From: an uncultured Candidatus Saccharibacteria bacterium
GTDB lineage: Bacteria > Patescibacteriota > Saccharimonadia > Saccharimonadales > CAZDQS01
DNA length: 64,000 nt
Assembly (NCBI GenBank): GCA_964507855.1
Contig: CAZDQS010000003.1
Coordinates: 85,988-149,987 of the forward strand
Direction: 5' to 3'
Numbering within the stretch: position 1 is the stretch's first letter; the number at the start of each line of letters is the position of its first letter. The position numbers and the translations under genes were made by a program. The notes under the pieces are model-generated. The model was not told the DNA's origin, made no database searches, and saw nothing but the letters and a program-made list of their open reading frames with translations. Of this stretch, positions 34,494 to 45,383 are shown in pieces.

Positions 34494-34646
34494 ATGAGCA
34501 AACCTTATGTCCCATCTGGCGGGATGAGCCTTAGCAGCTTTTCCAATATATCCTGGGAAGATGACCAGGATGATTGGAACGAAAAAGCTCAGCGTATCCA
34601 AATACGCGCTTGGCGCAAACTCAAGAACGAAATGAAGCAAAGATAG
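34494..34646 (+). CDS. 50-aa small protein (not in ORF track, <60 aa)
   Basis: My own translation gives MSKPYVPSGGMSLSSFSNISWEDDQDDWNEKAQRIQIRAWRKLKNEMKQR*. A strong SD AAAGGAGGGG lies about 9 nt upstream, and a terminator follows 18 nt downstream. Confidence 0.5.
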   Translation: MSKPYVPSGGMSLSSFSNISWEDDQDDWNEKAQRIQIRAWRKLKNEMKQR

Positions 34647-34664
34647 CCCGGCATCACAACGATC

Positions 34665-34697
34665 AAGCGGCGCAATTCCTAACAGCGCCGCTTTTAT
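34665..34697 (+). terminator. rho-independent terminator
   Basis: AAGCGGCGC (34665-73) pairs with GCGCCGCTT (34685-93), followed by TTATTAT. Confidence 0.7.
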
Positions 34698-34706
34698 TAT
34701 GCCTGT

Positions 34707-35213
34707 TTAGTTGCTCTTTTCTTTTTCGGCTAGAGACCCATTAAAGTAGTGGCGTATCTGGAACAGCACATACAGCGAGAGCAAAGTGCCGATAATAAAT
34801 CCGATTATCTCCCCCGCGAGGGAAGCAGCCCGGACACCGAACAGCTCAAGAAGGTTGTGAGCAATACCGAGGAGCGTCAGCATGTACAGATAGTCCCATC
34901 CCGTTTTCTCCATACGCCTGAGTCGAGGGAATGCCTGCCAGGCCAACACGACATAAACTATCAGGAACAGCGCACCGAGCCACAACAGCAAGGTAACGTC
35001 CGAACGCCCGAGAAATGTCGCCAGGATAGAGGCGAAGCCAATGATAGGAAGTGCCAGCAATCCAATCAAGCCGGCGATAAAAGCGATCAAAACAAATATC
35101 CACGCGTAGGTAGCAAGCCACTTCCGCAAACCCTCCGGTAGCTGAAACGGCGCGTTTTTTACCAGCATCTCATCGAGCTTCGTCTCAAGTTGTCTCAAAG
35201 CTTCCATACCCAT
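34707..35213 (-). CDS. membrane protein (4 TM), unknown function
   Basis: 168 aa with an amphipathic N-terminus 'EALRQLETKLDEMLVKNAPFQLPEGLRKWL' followed by 4 hydrophobic helices. Confidence 0.6.
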   Translation of the reverse strand: MGMEALRQLETKLDEMLVKNAPFQLPEGLRKWLATYAWIFVLIAFIAGLIGLLALPIIGFASILATFLGRSDVTLLLWLGALFLIVYVVLAWQAFPRLRRMEKTGWDYLYMLTLLGIAHNLLELFGVRAASLAGEIIGFIIGTLLSLYVLFQIRHYFNGSLAEKEKSN

Positions 35214-35314
35214 ACTCCTTTTTACTGTTTACCCTAGCTTAGGGCTACCATCAGCAATTCGCAAGCACACACCTTGTGGATATCTATTACAAAAGCGGTA
35301 AAATACTACCAGAG

Positions 35315-38300
35315 ATGGGGAAGTTTGAAGAAGAGTACAAGCGGCTGAATGCCGCGCAAGCTGCGGCCGTTGATGCGATTGACGGGCCGGTGCTGGTCAT
35401 TGCCGGGCCAGGCACCGGCAAGACGCAGTTGCTCAGCATGCGCGTTGCCAATATCTTGCGCCGGACTGATGTTAACCCCGGCAATATCCTCTGCTTGACC
35501 TACACCGAATCCGGCCAGCAGGCTATGCGCCAGCGTTTGACACAGCTCCTCGGCAAGCCGGCAAAGAAGGTTGAGATCCATACCTTCCACGGCTTCGGCA
35601 ATTATATAATTGGCCGCTTCTCGGAACATTTTCCAGAGTTGGAAGGCTTCCGGCCGGCCGATGACCTCGCGCTCTATGAAACCATGCGTGATTGCCTTGA
35701 GCGGCTACCACGGAATAATCCACTTTCCAAAATGTCGTACGGTCAGTTCATCTACCAGGCCGATGCGTCAGCTCGTATCAGCCAGCTGAAACAAGCCGGT
35801 ATTTCGCCAGAGCAAGCCTGCGATCTGGCAGAACAGGACACCAAGTGGTGCGCTGAAGCCGGCGCAGTAATTACAAAAGCTTTTAGCACCATTGGGCGCC
35901 TGTCACCAAAATCCATCCCTTTGTTGCAACAGGAGCTTGCGTCGGTGCTGGACGGCACACATGAATCAAACGGCCTCGGCGACGCCTGCACGAGCGAACT
36001 TACTCAGGTGCTCGAAGAAGCCGCTGCCAGCAACAAGACCGCCCCGCTCAGCGCATTTAAGAAGCGCTGGTTTGTGAGCGAGGACGGCTCTCTTTACTTC
36101 CGTCCCAAGGACCAGCTCAAGAAGCTGTCCGCCCTGGTTGACCTGTACGCAATGTACGAGGCGGAAATGCAAAGCCGCAAGCTCTACGACTATGACGACA
36201 TGATCCTCTACGCGCTGCAGAAGCTGGAGTATGACAAAGAACTTCTAGCCGAGGTGCAAGAAACATTCCAGTACATTCTGGCGGATGAATACCAGGACAC
36301 CAACGCCGCGCAGGCTAAAATTATCACCCTCATTGCCAGCAATCCAGTGAACGAAAACCGCCCGAACGTCATGGTGGTGGGCGACGACGACCAGGCGATT
36401 TACGGCTTCCAGGGAGCGCTCGGCGACGTGCTGTTGCACTTCCGCGAAGCATGGCGGGATGTCACCACCATCACTCTCAAAGATAATTATCGCTCAACCC
36501 AGCCCATCCTCGACCTTGCCCGCCAGGCTATCCGGACAGGGCAGAAGCGCTTGGAGAATTATTACGAGGATATCGACAAAACGCTCACGGCCAATGCCAC
36601 GTACCGGCCCCAGCCGCCCGCCATGCACATCACCACCTCTCATGAAGCAGTGCTCGACCTAGCAGTCCATGCGGCAAAAAGCGCGGGCTCAGATCGACAG
36701 CTGGCGATAATAGCGCCGAAGCACAAATACTTAAAAGAGCTCGCTGACAGACTTGACGCCGCGCATGTTGATTATTTCTACGAAGGCCGCGAGGACCTCC
36801 TCAAAGACCCGGCACTCAATAACGTGCTGATGCTCGCCAGCTGTGCCCTAGCTGTGAAAGAACGTGAGTATGGGCTGACCAATTACATTTTGCCTGAACT
36901 GATTACAACAGGAGCGCTGGATATCACGCGGCCGCAGGCCTGGCGTATCGCCGTCCAAGCGCGCCAGCAATCAAAAAGCTGGTGGGAAGTACTTGCCAGC
37001 GACTCAATCGAGGGGTTGGAAAACGCCCGCACCAACATCCGGGCGCTTGCTGATTCGCTGGATGCGGCAGATGCCAAGGGCTCGCTTGCTTTTGTCGCGC
37101 GAACAAGAAACATCCATCGCCAGCGGCACATTCGCGCGCTTGTTGAACATGCAAAAAAATATTTGGGTCGAGACACGGTATCGCTCCATGAGCTGCTGAG
37201 GTACATAGAGCTGTGTAAACTGGCGGGCATTGCCTTAAGCGAAACGTTCGAGAAGGGAAATCGTGAAGCCAACATACTCCTCCTCAGCGCCCACAAGTCC
37301 AAAGGCCTGGAATTCGACCGAGTCCACGTGCTGCATGCCGATTATTACACCTGGTTTAAGGAACGTGGACGGATCAACACCATATCACTCCCGCCAGGAT
37401 GGCAGTATATCGAGCCTGAACGCCAGACCCTCGATGACAGGCTGCGGCTCCTGTACGTCGTCATGACCCGGGCCAAGCAGGAGCTGAGCCTTATCAAGAG
37501 CAATATCCGCACCGCACACACTGATAAACAAACCGATAACCTGCCCGGAACCGACGACATACAAACATTTGAACAAGCCGCACCGTCCGCTGATTCCATC
37601 CTCTCATCGCCGCAAGCGGAAGAGCAGTGGCAGAGCTGGTACTTGCCGACTGACAGCAAGGAGCAACAGCAGCTTCGGACAATCCTAGATCCCGTGTTAA
37701 GCCAGTACCGCCTCAGCGCCTCCCACCTGACCACATTCCTTGATATCGCGCATGGGGGCCCTTTACAGCTATTTGCGCACTCATTGCTCGGCATCCCAGC
37801 GCCCGCACACCCGGAAGCCTTGTTCGGCAACGGCGTCCATCAAACACTTCGGTTTTGCCAAGAGACGCTCAACGCGACCGGCAAGCTACCGGACAATGAG
37901 CAGCTAGCACACTACATTCGCACACACCTGCCGACAATGCGCGACGACCAGCGCAACGATGTCGTCTCGGCAGTACGGGAATTTATTGACCACACGGCAA
38001 TCTTAGAACGCGGCGGAGTCAGCGAATTCAGCTTCCAACCGCAAGATATCCAGATTGACGGCATCAGGATTACCGGCAACGTCGACCATTACATCGAGAA
38101 AGACGGTATTGTTCATATAACCGATTTTAAGACAGGGCGAGCTATAAACTCATGGCGCGTTACCGAAGATTACTACAAGCAAAAGCTGCACCGGTTCCGT
38201 TTGCAGCTTCTGTTTTATGACCTCCTGTTCCGCCTAAGCCCCATGTTTAACAATATTACCGGCACGAGCCTCAAGATAGCGTTCGTCGAACCCAGCCGGC

Positions 38301-38482
38301 GCGACGTGTACTGCGAGCTTCCCCTGGAGGCCGACGACCAATCACGCGAAGAGCTCACTAAGCTCATGGCTGCCGTCTGGAAACATATCATTACTTTGGA
38401 TTTTCCTGATACAAGCAGCTATGGCACGGACATGAACGGTCTCGCCGCCTTCCAGGACGACCTGCTGGCTGGATTGGTATAA
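35315..38482 (+). CDS. UvrD/PcrA-type SF1 helicase fused to C-terminal RecB-like PD-(D/E)xK nuclease
   Basis: ATG 35315 was chosen (the track starts at GTG 35276). 'LNAAQAAAVDAIDGPVLVIAGPGTGKT', 'ILADEYQDTN', 'VVGDDDQAIYGFQGA' and 'SAHKSKGLEFD' are present. The C-terminus has 'GNVDHYIEKDGIVHITDFKTG...YKQKLHRFRLQLLFY'. Confidence 0.85.
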   Translation: MGKFEEEYKRLNAAQAAAVDAIDGPVLVIAGPGTGKTQLLSMRVANILRRTDVNPGNILCLTYTESGQQAMRQRLTQLLGKPAKKVEIHTFHGFGNYIIGRFSEHFPELEGFRPADDLALYETMRDCLERLPRNNPLSKMSYGQFIYQADASARISQLKQAGISPEQACDLAEQDTKWCAEAGAVITKAFSTIGRLSPKSIPLLQQELASVLDGTHESNGLGDACTSELTQVLEEAAASNKTAPLSAFKKRWFVSEDGSLYFRPKDQLKKLSALVDLYAMYEAEMQSRKLYDYDDMILYALQKLEYDKELLAEVQETFQYILADEYQDTNAAQAKIITLIASNPVNENRPNVMVVGDDDQAIYGFQGALGDVLLHFREAWRDVTTITLKDNYRSTQPILDLARQAIRTGQKRLENYYEDIDKTLTANATYRPQPPAMHITTSHEAVLDLAVHAAKSAGSDRQLAIIAPKHKYLKELADRLDAAHVDYFYEGREDLLKDPALNNVLMLASCALAVKEREYGLTNYILPELITTGALDITRPQAWRIAVQARQQSKSWWEVLASDSIEGLENARTNIRALADSLDAADAKGSLAFVARTRNIHRQRHIRALVEHAKKYLGRDTVSLHELLRYIELCKLAGIALSETFEKGNREANILLLSAHKSKGLEFDRVHVLHADYYTWFKERGRINTISLPPGWQYIEPERQTLDDRLRLLYVVMTRAKQELSLIKSNIRTAHTDKQTDNLPGTDDIQTFEQAAPSADSILSSPQAEEQWQSWYLPTDSKEQQQLRTILDPVLSQYRLSASHLTTFLDIAHGGPLQLFAHSLLGIPAPAHPEALFGNGVHQTLRFCQETLNATGKLPDNEQLAHYIRTHLPTMRDDQRNDVVSAVREFIDHTAILERGGVSEFSFQPQDIQIDGIRITGNVDHYIEKDGIVHITDFKTGRAINSWRVTEDYYKQKLHRFRLQLLFYDLLFRLSPMFNNITGTSLKIAFVEPSRRDVYCELPLEADDQSREELTKLMAAVWKHIITLDFPDTSSYGTDMNGLAAFQDDLLAGLV

Positions 38483-38486
38483 AAAA

Positions 38487-38515
38487 CTACCCGGCGTTCA
38501 CCGGGCAGTTTTGTT
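38487..38515 (+). terminator. rho-independent terminator of helicase gene
   Basis: CTACCCGG-cgttca-CCGGGCAG with one mismatch, followed by TTTTGTT. Confidence 0.65.
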
Positions 38516-38534
38516 CGAACTATCAGCAGATTGG

Positions 38535-39242
38535 CTATTTGCGTGAAGTCTTCTTCTTCGCTGCAGGGCGGCGAGTTCGAGACACCATCGTACGCACTTG
38601 TGCAAACCGGAACCGACGACCCATCTCCGCGCCATCATCAGGCGCATAGAGCAGGGCATAGAGGTTTACGCCCAAGATACCACCGACAAGCGGTCCAACA
38701 ACATAGGCAACGTCCCATGCCTGCACACCGAGTGCAAGCGCAGGGTTGATAAGCCCTAAGGACGCAACCGTTGCAGCAACTACACCTAAGAATAGTGATG
38801 CTGCAGCCGTGCTTGCCCAGCGAAGGCCGGCCTGTGCTTGATAGACTACCGCTGCGATACCAAGACTGAATACAAAGGCACCGATAAGCTCTGCAACCAA
38901 GATCTTGGCATCGAACTCACCACCTGTTAGCTGGTTCAACTCCTGGCCTGTCAGGTACTCATAAAGCTGCCAGGATGCGAATGCACCCAGGAACTGTGCA
39001 GCAATCGAGCCAACGGTCTGGAAAAAGTTCAACCGGCCTGCGGTCCACAAACCAAGTGACACCGCCGGGTTGAAGTAACCGACAATATGCTTGCCGAACA
39101 CGAGCACGAGCATCAACATCGCCAACCCCATACCAAGCGAATAGCCGACGCCAGAGCGGCTTACCGTGAGAATTGTGACAACTAGCAGTGCTGTCCCCAA
39201 AAACTCCGTCACCAACATGGCGATTTTGTTTCTTCCGAACAT
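38535..39242 (-). CDS. MIP family channel (aquaporin/glycerol facilitator)
   Basis: 235 aa with two NPA boxes, 'NPAVSLG' and 'NPALALG'. SD GGAGGG is present. Confidence 0.9.
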   Translation of the reverse strand: MFGRNKIAMLVTEFLGTALLVVTILTVSRSGVGYSLGMGLAMLMLVLVFGKHIVGYFNPAVSLGLWTAGRLNFFQTVGSIAAQFLGAFASWQLYEYLTGQELNQLTGGEFDAKILVAELIGAFVFSLGIAAVVYQAQAGLRWASTAAASLFLGVVAATVASLGLINPALALGVQAWDVAYVVGPLVGGILGVNLYALLYAPDDGAEMGRRFRFAQVRTMVSRTRRPAAKKKTSRK

Positions 39243-39303
39243 TTCGTCCCTCCGTATTATTATTGTTTAAACAGTAATACGAGCAATTCAAAAAAGCAAA
39301 CAT

Positions 39304-39339
39304 AAGTGCATTACATATACTTTATCGATGCACTTTTTT
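39304..39339. terminator. hairpin terminator at the end of the atp operon (T-tracts on both strands)
   Basis: AAGTGCAT (39304-11) pairs with ATGCACTT (39328-35). TTTT follows on the plus strand, and TTTGCTTTTTT follows the hairpin on the minus strand. Confidence 0.6.
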
Positions 39340-39357
39340 CGTCAATCCAAGAGACTG

Positions 39358-39792
39358 CTACTTATACTGCGAACGGCGATGGCGGCGGAGACCAGCTACC
39401 TTGAGCCGGACAGCTTGGCGGTCGATAAGCGACTGTGCTTTCTCAAGCTCGATTTGATCTTTGGCTTCATTGCGCATTTTGCGGGCTAGTTCCAGAGCTT
39501 CTTGAATCTCTTGTTCATTCAACTCCTCGGGGTCATCAGCTTCATCAACCAACACGCGAACCGCGTTATCACGTACTTCGACAACGCCGCCGCTAATGGC
39601 ATAATGCTGCATCAAATCATCCGGCGTATTTTCCTGTGGGCGGATACTGACAACACCAGGAGCGGCGAGACTCACGAGCGGCATATGATGCCGGAACACC
39701 GCAATCTGCCCGTCGGGGGTGGGGAGCAGCACTTCATACACGTCCTGGCTGAACTTCGTCCCGGATAATGTTACGAGCTCGAATCTAATCAC
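39358..39792 (-). CDS. atpC: F1 ATP synthase subunit epsilon
   Basis: 144 aa with a GTG start and SD AGGAG. 'FELVTLSGTKFSQDVYEVLLPTPDGQIAVFRHHMPLVSLAAPGVVSI' is typical. Confidence 0.9.
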   Translation of the reverse strand: MIRFELVTLSGTKFSQDVYEVLLPTPDGQIAVFRHHMPLVSLAAPGVVSIRPQENTPDDLMQHYAISGGVVEVRDNAVRVLVDEADDPEELNEQEIQEALELARKMRNEAKDQIELEKAQSLIDRQAVRLKVAGLRRHRRSQYK

Positions 39793-40002
39793 TTTCTACT
39801 CCTGGCACACCCCAGACTATTTCTTCCGGAATAGGACGCACAATATCTGCAGCAGGCTCACAAGCGCCAACACAGGCAGAGCAGATTACCTGTCCCGCAG
39901 GACCTACCACTCTCCAGCATTTATCTGGACTCTGATTTATAGCCGCCTCTATGCCATCCACACTACTTTGAACTTTAATCTCGGGGGGATTACATCTCAC
40001 CA

Positions 40003-40003
<1 letters not shown>
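39785..40003 (-). CDS. 72-aa Cys-rich small ORF intercalated between atpD and atpC
   Basis: Its ATG shares 1 nt with the atpD stop (TAATG). SD AAGAGG lies in the atpD 3' end, and it overlaps the atpC start by 8 nt. It has 5 Cys including 'CSACVGAC' and belongs to no family I recognise. Confidence 0.45.
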
Positions 40004-41623
<1,620 letters not shown>

Positions 41624-41627
<4 letters not shown>

Positions 41628-42490
41628 TTTATCGCCTCCGCGCCGCCGGTGATTTCGGCCAACTCCTGGGTAATTGCTGCCTGGCGGGCACTGTTGAATG
41701 CCAGCGTCAAATCATCAACAAGGTCGGTCGCGTTGTCGGTTGCGTTCTTCATGGCCATCATGCGCATGGAGTGCTCACTGGCGCGTGACTCGAGCAGTGC
41801 TTGAGAAAGCTGCACTTCAATCAACCGTTCAGTGACATTCTCCAGCACCGCCTGGGGCGATGGCTCAAACTCCGCCTCGTCCAGCCCTTTCGGAACTTCA
41901 ACCTCCTGAAAGGCTGCCGGCAAGAGCCGGTCGTGCTTCACGTCTTGGCGAATGCTTGAAATGTAATCCGTATAGATAACGTCAACGACGTCAACATCTT
42001 TGGCAAGGAACCTATCAATGGCAGTTTGCATAATCGGCCGGATATCGTTGGCTGTCGGTCGCTCCGGGAAATTATGATACGCACCGATGACGTCAACGTC
42101 CTTCAGGCGGCTCGCGAAACGTGATCCTTGCTTGCCAATCAGCAACACCTCAGTGTGTATCCCCATAGCCTGGTCATCCTGAACGGCTTGGGCAAAGTAG
42201 CGAAGCACGTTGCTGTTGTAGGCGCCGGCCAGTCCGCGATCGCTCGTGACGATAATCAGCAAGCGCGACTTCACGATCCGCTGTTTATAGAGCGGGTGGC
42301 CATCGACATCGGTCAACTGGCGCAAGCGGGTCAGGATAGCCCGGGCAAGATTACGATAATCGCGGCTGCGCAGTGCGTTTTCCTGGGCGCGGCGCATCTT
42401 GGAAGCCGCCACCAACTCCATCGCCTTGGTGATTTGCTTCGTGTTCTTGACGCTAGTGATTCGGCGCTTCAGCGCGGTGGTTTGGGCCAC
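41624..42490 (-). CDS. atpG: F1 ATP synthase subunit gamma
   Basis: 288 aa with 'LKRRITSVKNTKQITKAMELVAASKMRRAQ' and the C-terminal 'ITQELAEITGGAEA'. Confidence 0.93.
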
Positions 42491-42493
42491 GTG

Positions 42494-44038
42494 CTACTCC
42501 TTGCTGCCTTTCTCTTGGTACGACTTCGCAACTGCCTCTGCTGTCTTGATGATAAGTGCCTGCAGCTTGTCGTCCGGCTTGTCGCCTTCATTGAGTTTGT
42601 CCATTTCCTTGCGGTACTGTGATTGTAATTGGCTCAGCAGCGCTTCCTGAGCACTCTTAATCTGCGCTACCGGTACGCTGTCGAACACACCTTCGTTAGC
42701 AGCCAAAAGGGTAGCGGTCTGCTGCCACACACCAAGCGGGGTGTATTGCGGCTGTTTGAGTAGCTCAGTGAGTCGCTGGCCGCGTTCAATGCGAGCCTTG
42801 GTTTCGGCATCCAGGTCAGTCGAGAACTGGGCAAAGGCCGCCAGCTCACGGAACTGGGCCAAGCTGAGGCGAAGGTTACCGGCAACGCTCTTGACTGCCT
42901 TTGTCTGGGCCGAACCACCCACACGCGAGACAGACAAACCGACAGAAATAGCCGGGCGAATACCCTGATAGAACAAGTTGGTTTCCATGAAGATCTGGCC
43001 GTCAGTAATCGAGATAACATTGGTCGGGATGTAGGCGCTGATGTCACCGGCCTGCGTTTCGATAATTGGCAGGGCGGTGAGCGAACCGGCACCAAGCTCA
43101 TCGCTCATTTTGGCTGAACGCTCCAGCAGGCGGGAGTGCAAGTAGAAGACATCACCGGGGTAAGCTTCGCGTCCCGGTGGGCGGCGAAGCAAGAGTGACA
43201 TCTGGCGGTAGGCGGCAGCATGCTTGGAAAGATCATCATAGATAATCAGCGCGTGCTGGCCGTTGTCGCGGAAGTATTCGCCCATAGCCGTACCAGCGTA
43301 TGGTGCGAGGTACTGCAAGCTGGCCGGGTCTGACGCGCTGGTAGCAACAACAATTGTCTGATCCATAACACCCTCGCGCTTGAGACGCTCAACGAGGCGC
43401 GCAACCTTGCTCATTTTCTGGCCGACTGCAACGTAGATGTTAATAACACCGGTTTTTTGGCGGTATTGGTTAATCATCGTGTCAACCGCAACGGCTGTTT
43501 TACCAGTCTGGCGGTCACCGATAATAAGCTCACGCTGGCCGCGACCAATCGGCACCATAGCGTCAATTGCAAGCAATCCTGTCATGAGCGGCTCATGCAC
43601 ACTCTTGCGGTCCAGTACACCAGGTGCCGGGCGTTCAACCAACCCGGTGCGGGTGGCAGCAATAGGGCCACGGTTATCGAGCGGTCGGCCAAGCGGGTCG
43701 ACAACACGCCCGACCAGTTCCGGACCGACCGGAACCTCAACAACCTTACCGGTCAGGCGCGCCCGGGCACCAGCCTTGACGTTGATGTCCGAGCCAAGCA
43801 ACACCGTACCAATCTCATCTTCAGTCAAGTTGAGTGCAAAACCGGTCACAGAACCACCGTCAGTCGTATCAATTTCGATCATCTCATTGAACCCACAGTC
43901 GCTGAGGCCATAAATCCAGGCGACACCATCACCAACTCGGGTCACAATGCCGACGTTTTCAACTTCCGGTGAAGACTTGAGGTCGGCTATGGCCGCGCGA
44001 ATATCGGCGGACAGTTCTTTAACGGACAATTCACTCAT
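42494..44038 (-). CDS. atpA: F1 ATP synthase subunit alpha
   Basis: 514 aa with Walker A 'GDRQTGKTA' and '[41 protein letters not shown]'. Confidence 0.96.
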   Translation of the reverse strand: MSELSVKELSADIRAAIADLKSSPEVENVGIVTRVGDGVAWIYGLSDCGFNEMIEIDTTDGGSVTGFALNLTEDEIGTVLLGSDINVKAGARARLTGKVVEVPVGPELVGRVVDPLGRPLDNRGPIAATRTGLVERPAPGVLDRKSVHEPLMTGLLAIDAMVPIGRGQRELIIGDRQTGKTAVAVDTMINQYRQKTGVINIYVAVGQKMSKVARLVERLKREGVMDQTIVVATSASDPASLQYLAPYAGTAMGEYFRDNGQHALIIYDDLSKHAAAYRQMSLLLRRPPGREAYPGDVFYLHSRLLERSAKMSDELGAGSLTALPIIETQAGDISAYIPTNVISITDGQIFMETNLFYQGIRPAISVGLSVSRVGGSAQTKAVKSVAGNLRLSLAQFRELAAFAQFSTDLDAETKARIERGQRLTELLKQPQYTPLGVWQQTATLLAANEGVFDSVPVAQIKSAQEALLSQLQSQYRKEMDKLNEGDKPDDKLQALIIKTAEAVAKSYQEKGSKE

Positions 44039-44433
44039 GCGTTACTCCTTACGGGTCGTTTCTTTAACATCTCTAATTTGCGGCGGGCGGTGAGGTCCAG
44101 GAGCGTTCCGTCCGCCTCTACCTTGATTCCACTGAGCAGGCGATTATCAACGTGCTCGTTGATGACCACCTTGTCGGCAGAAAATAATGACTGTACTTGC
44201 TGGCGCACGTCTTCGGTCAATGGAAATGCTGTTGCAACATCCGCCTCCAGCACGCCCTCCTCGCGGCGACGGGTAGCAGCCACCTCACGCATCAGTGCGT
44301 CTAGCTCGCCGGTGCGGCGCTCGGCCAGCAGATAGCCAGCGATTTCTCGCACCAACTGCTCGCGGTCCAGCTCGCTGCTGCGCATCATACGGGCAATGAC
44401 CTGTGCGACTTGCTTGCGAGTTGGCTTGGCCAT
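44035..44433 (-). CDS. atpH: F1 ATP synthase subunit delta (short, 132 aa)
   Basis: Its position lies between atpF and atpA. The C-terminal part '[32 protein letters not shown]' matches the OSCP/delta C-terminal pattern. It has a TAATG junction with atpF and an ATGA junction with atpA. Confidence 0.75.
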   Translation of the reverse strand: MAKPTRKQVAQVIARMMRSSELDREQLVREIAGYLLAERRTGELDALMREVAATRRREEGVLEADVATAFPLTEDVRQQVQSLFSADKVVINEHVDNRLLSGIKVEADGTLLDLTARRKLEMLKKRPVRSNA

Positions 44434-45005
44434 TATCGCCTCACTCCTGCGAGCGCACGCTCGATTAATGTGCGGTCTTTCTCCGCATTGACTTTCTCGC
44501 TGATAATAACTTCGGCAGCTTCAGCAACCAATGCAACAACCTCTTGCTCTAAGCCCTGGCGTGCGCGCTTGAGGTCTTCGTCGATCCGTGCCCGAGCATC
44601 TGCCAGGATTGCATCTGCTTTGCGCGAAGCGGCCTCTTCGGCCTCTCTGATGATTGCTCCGGCTTCCTGATTGCCAGCGGCGATGATTTTGTCGGCTTCG
44701 ACACGCGCTTTGGCGAGGATCTTCTCAACTTCTTCGTCCAGACGGTTCTTTTCCTTTTCCATCTGGATACCAAGCCGTACACCGTCATCGATAGTCTTGC
44801 GGCGCTTCTCCAGCGTCTCGACAATCGAGCTCAAAGCAAATTTCTTAATGACGAAAAAGAGCAGGAGGAACGTGACGCCCTGCGCCAAAATTGCCAACGG
44901 GTCAATACCCAAGGCAGCAATGCCTTGCGCTTCCTCTTCGGCGTGTTCGGCCGTCGCGGCAAACACGTTGATCATTTGAATTAGTTCAGTCACATGCACT
45001 CCCAC
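44433..45005 (-). CDS. atpF: Fo ATP synthase subunit b
   Basis: 190 aa with a single TM 'LAQGVTFLLLFFVIKKFAL', followed by a long charged helix. Confidence 0.85.
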   Translation of the reverse strand: MGVHVTELIQMINVFAATAEHAEEEAQGIAALGIDPLAILAQGVTFLLLFFVIKKFALSSIVETLEKRRKTIDDGVRLGIQMEKEKNRLDEEVEKILAKARVEADKIIAAGNQEAGAIIREAEEAASRKADAILADARARIDEDLKRARQGLEQEVVALVAEAAEVIISEKVNAEKDRTLIERALAGVRR

Positions 45006-45070
45006 AAATTATTATTCTATCAGTTATACCTCTGTCAAAGTAATTTTGAATCTTGGATGAGCCGCTAGGC

Positions 45071-45131
45071 GGCACTGCGGATCGCAAGTGAGCCGTATGA
45101 AACATACGGTGAACGCGAACCGCAAAGTGCC
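45071..45131 (-). other. long imperfect hairpin within the 152-nt atpE-atpF spacer
   Basis: The outer stem is GGCACT..GCGG (45071-80) with CCGCaaAGTGCC (45120-31). The inner stem is CCGTATG (45093-99) with CATACGG (45103-09). All other atp junctions are <=16 nt or overlapping. Confidence 0.4.
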
Positions 45132-45157
45132 AACAACGCGGATCGCCAAGAGGCAAA

Positions 45158-45367
45158 TTACGACAACAAGAATGCGCCAAGCAGGAAAGCTAAAAGCGCA
45201 GTAACTTCGATCATGGCCGCGATAATAACAATCTGGCCAGCTGCCTTACCAGCTTCTGGGTTGCGACCCAAAGCCTTCATGTAGTTTGAGCCAAGCCATC
45301 CCAAGCCGAGAGCTGCTGCTCCGAGGGATACGGCAAGCATGATTGCTTTTGCTACGATTGGTTCCAT
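45158..45367 (-). CDS. atpE: Fo ATP synthase subunit c
   Basis: 69 aa forming a two-TM hairpin, with a polar loop 'GRNPE' and the carboxylate in 'AAMIEVTALLAF'. Confidence 0.9.
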   Translation of the reverse strand: MEPIVAKAIMLAVSLGAAALGLGWLGSNYMKALGRNPEAGKAAGQIVIIAAMIEVTALLAFLLGAFLLS

Positions 45368-45383
45368 ACCGTTTCTCCTTTAT

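Noticed and set aside
39258-39279. A 22-bp near-palindrome TATTATTGTTTAAACAGTAATA lies upstream of the aquaporin SD.
   Set aside because: It is very AT-rich with one mismatch, so it could easily arise by chance. There is no second copy or known consensus to support it.
44986-45180. A 64-aa ORF lies in the atpE-atpF spacer.
   Set aside because: It overlaps both neighbouring genes, has a Cys/His/Arg-rich composition and has no SD. The spacer is better explained by RNA structure.
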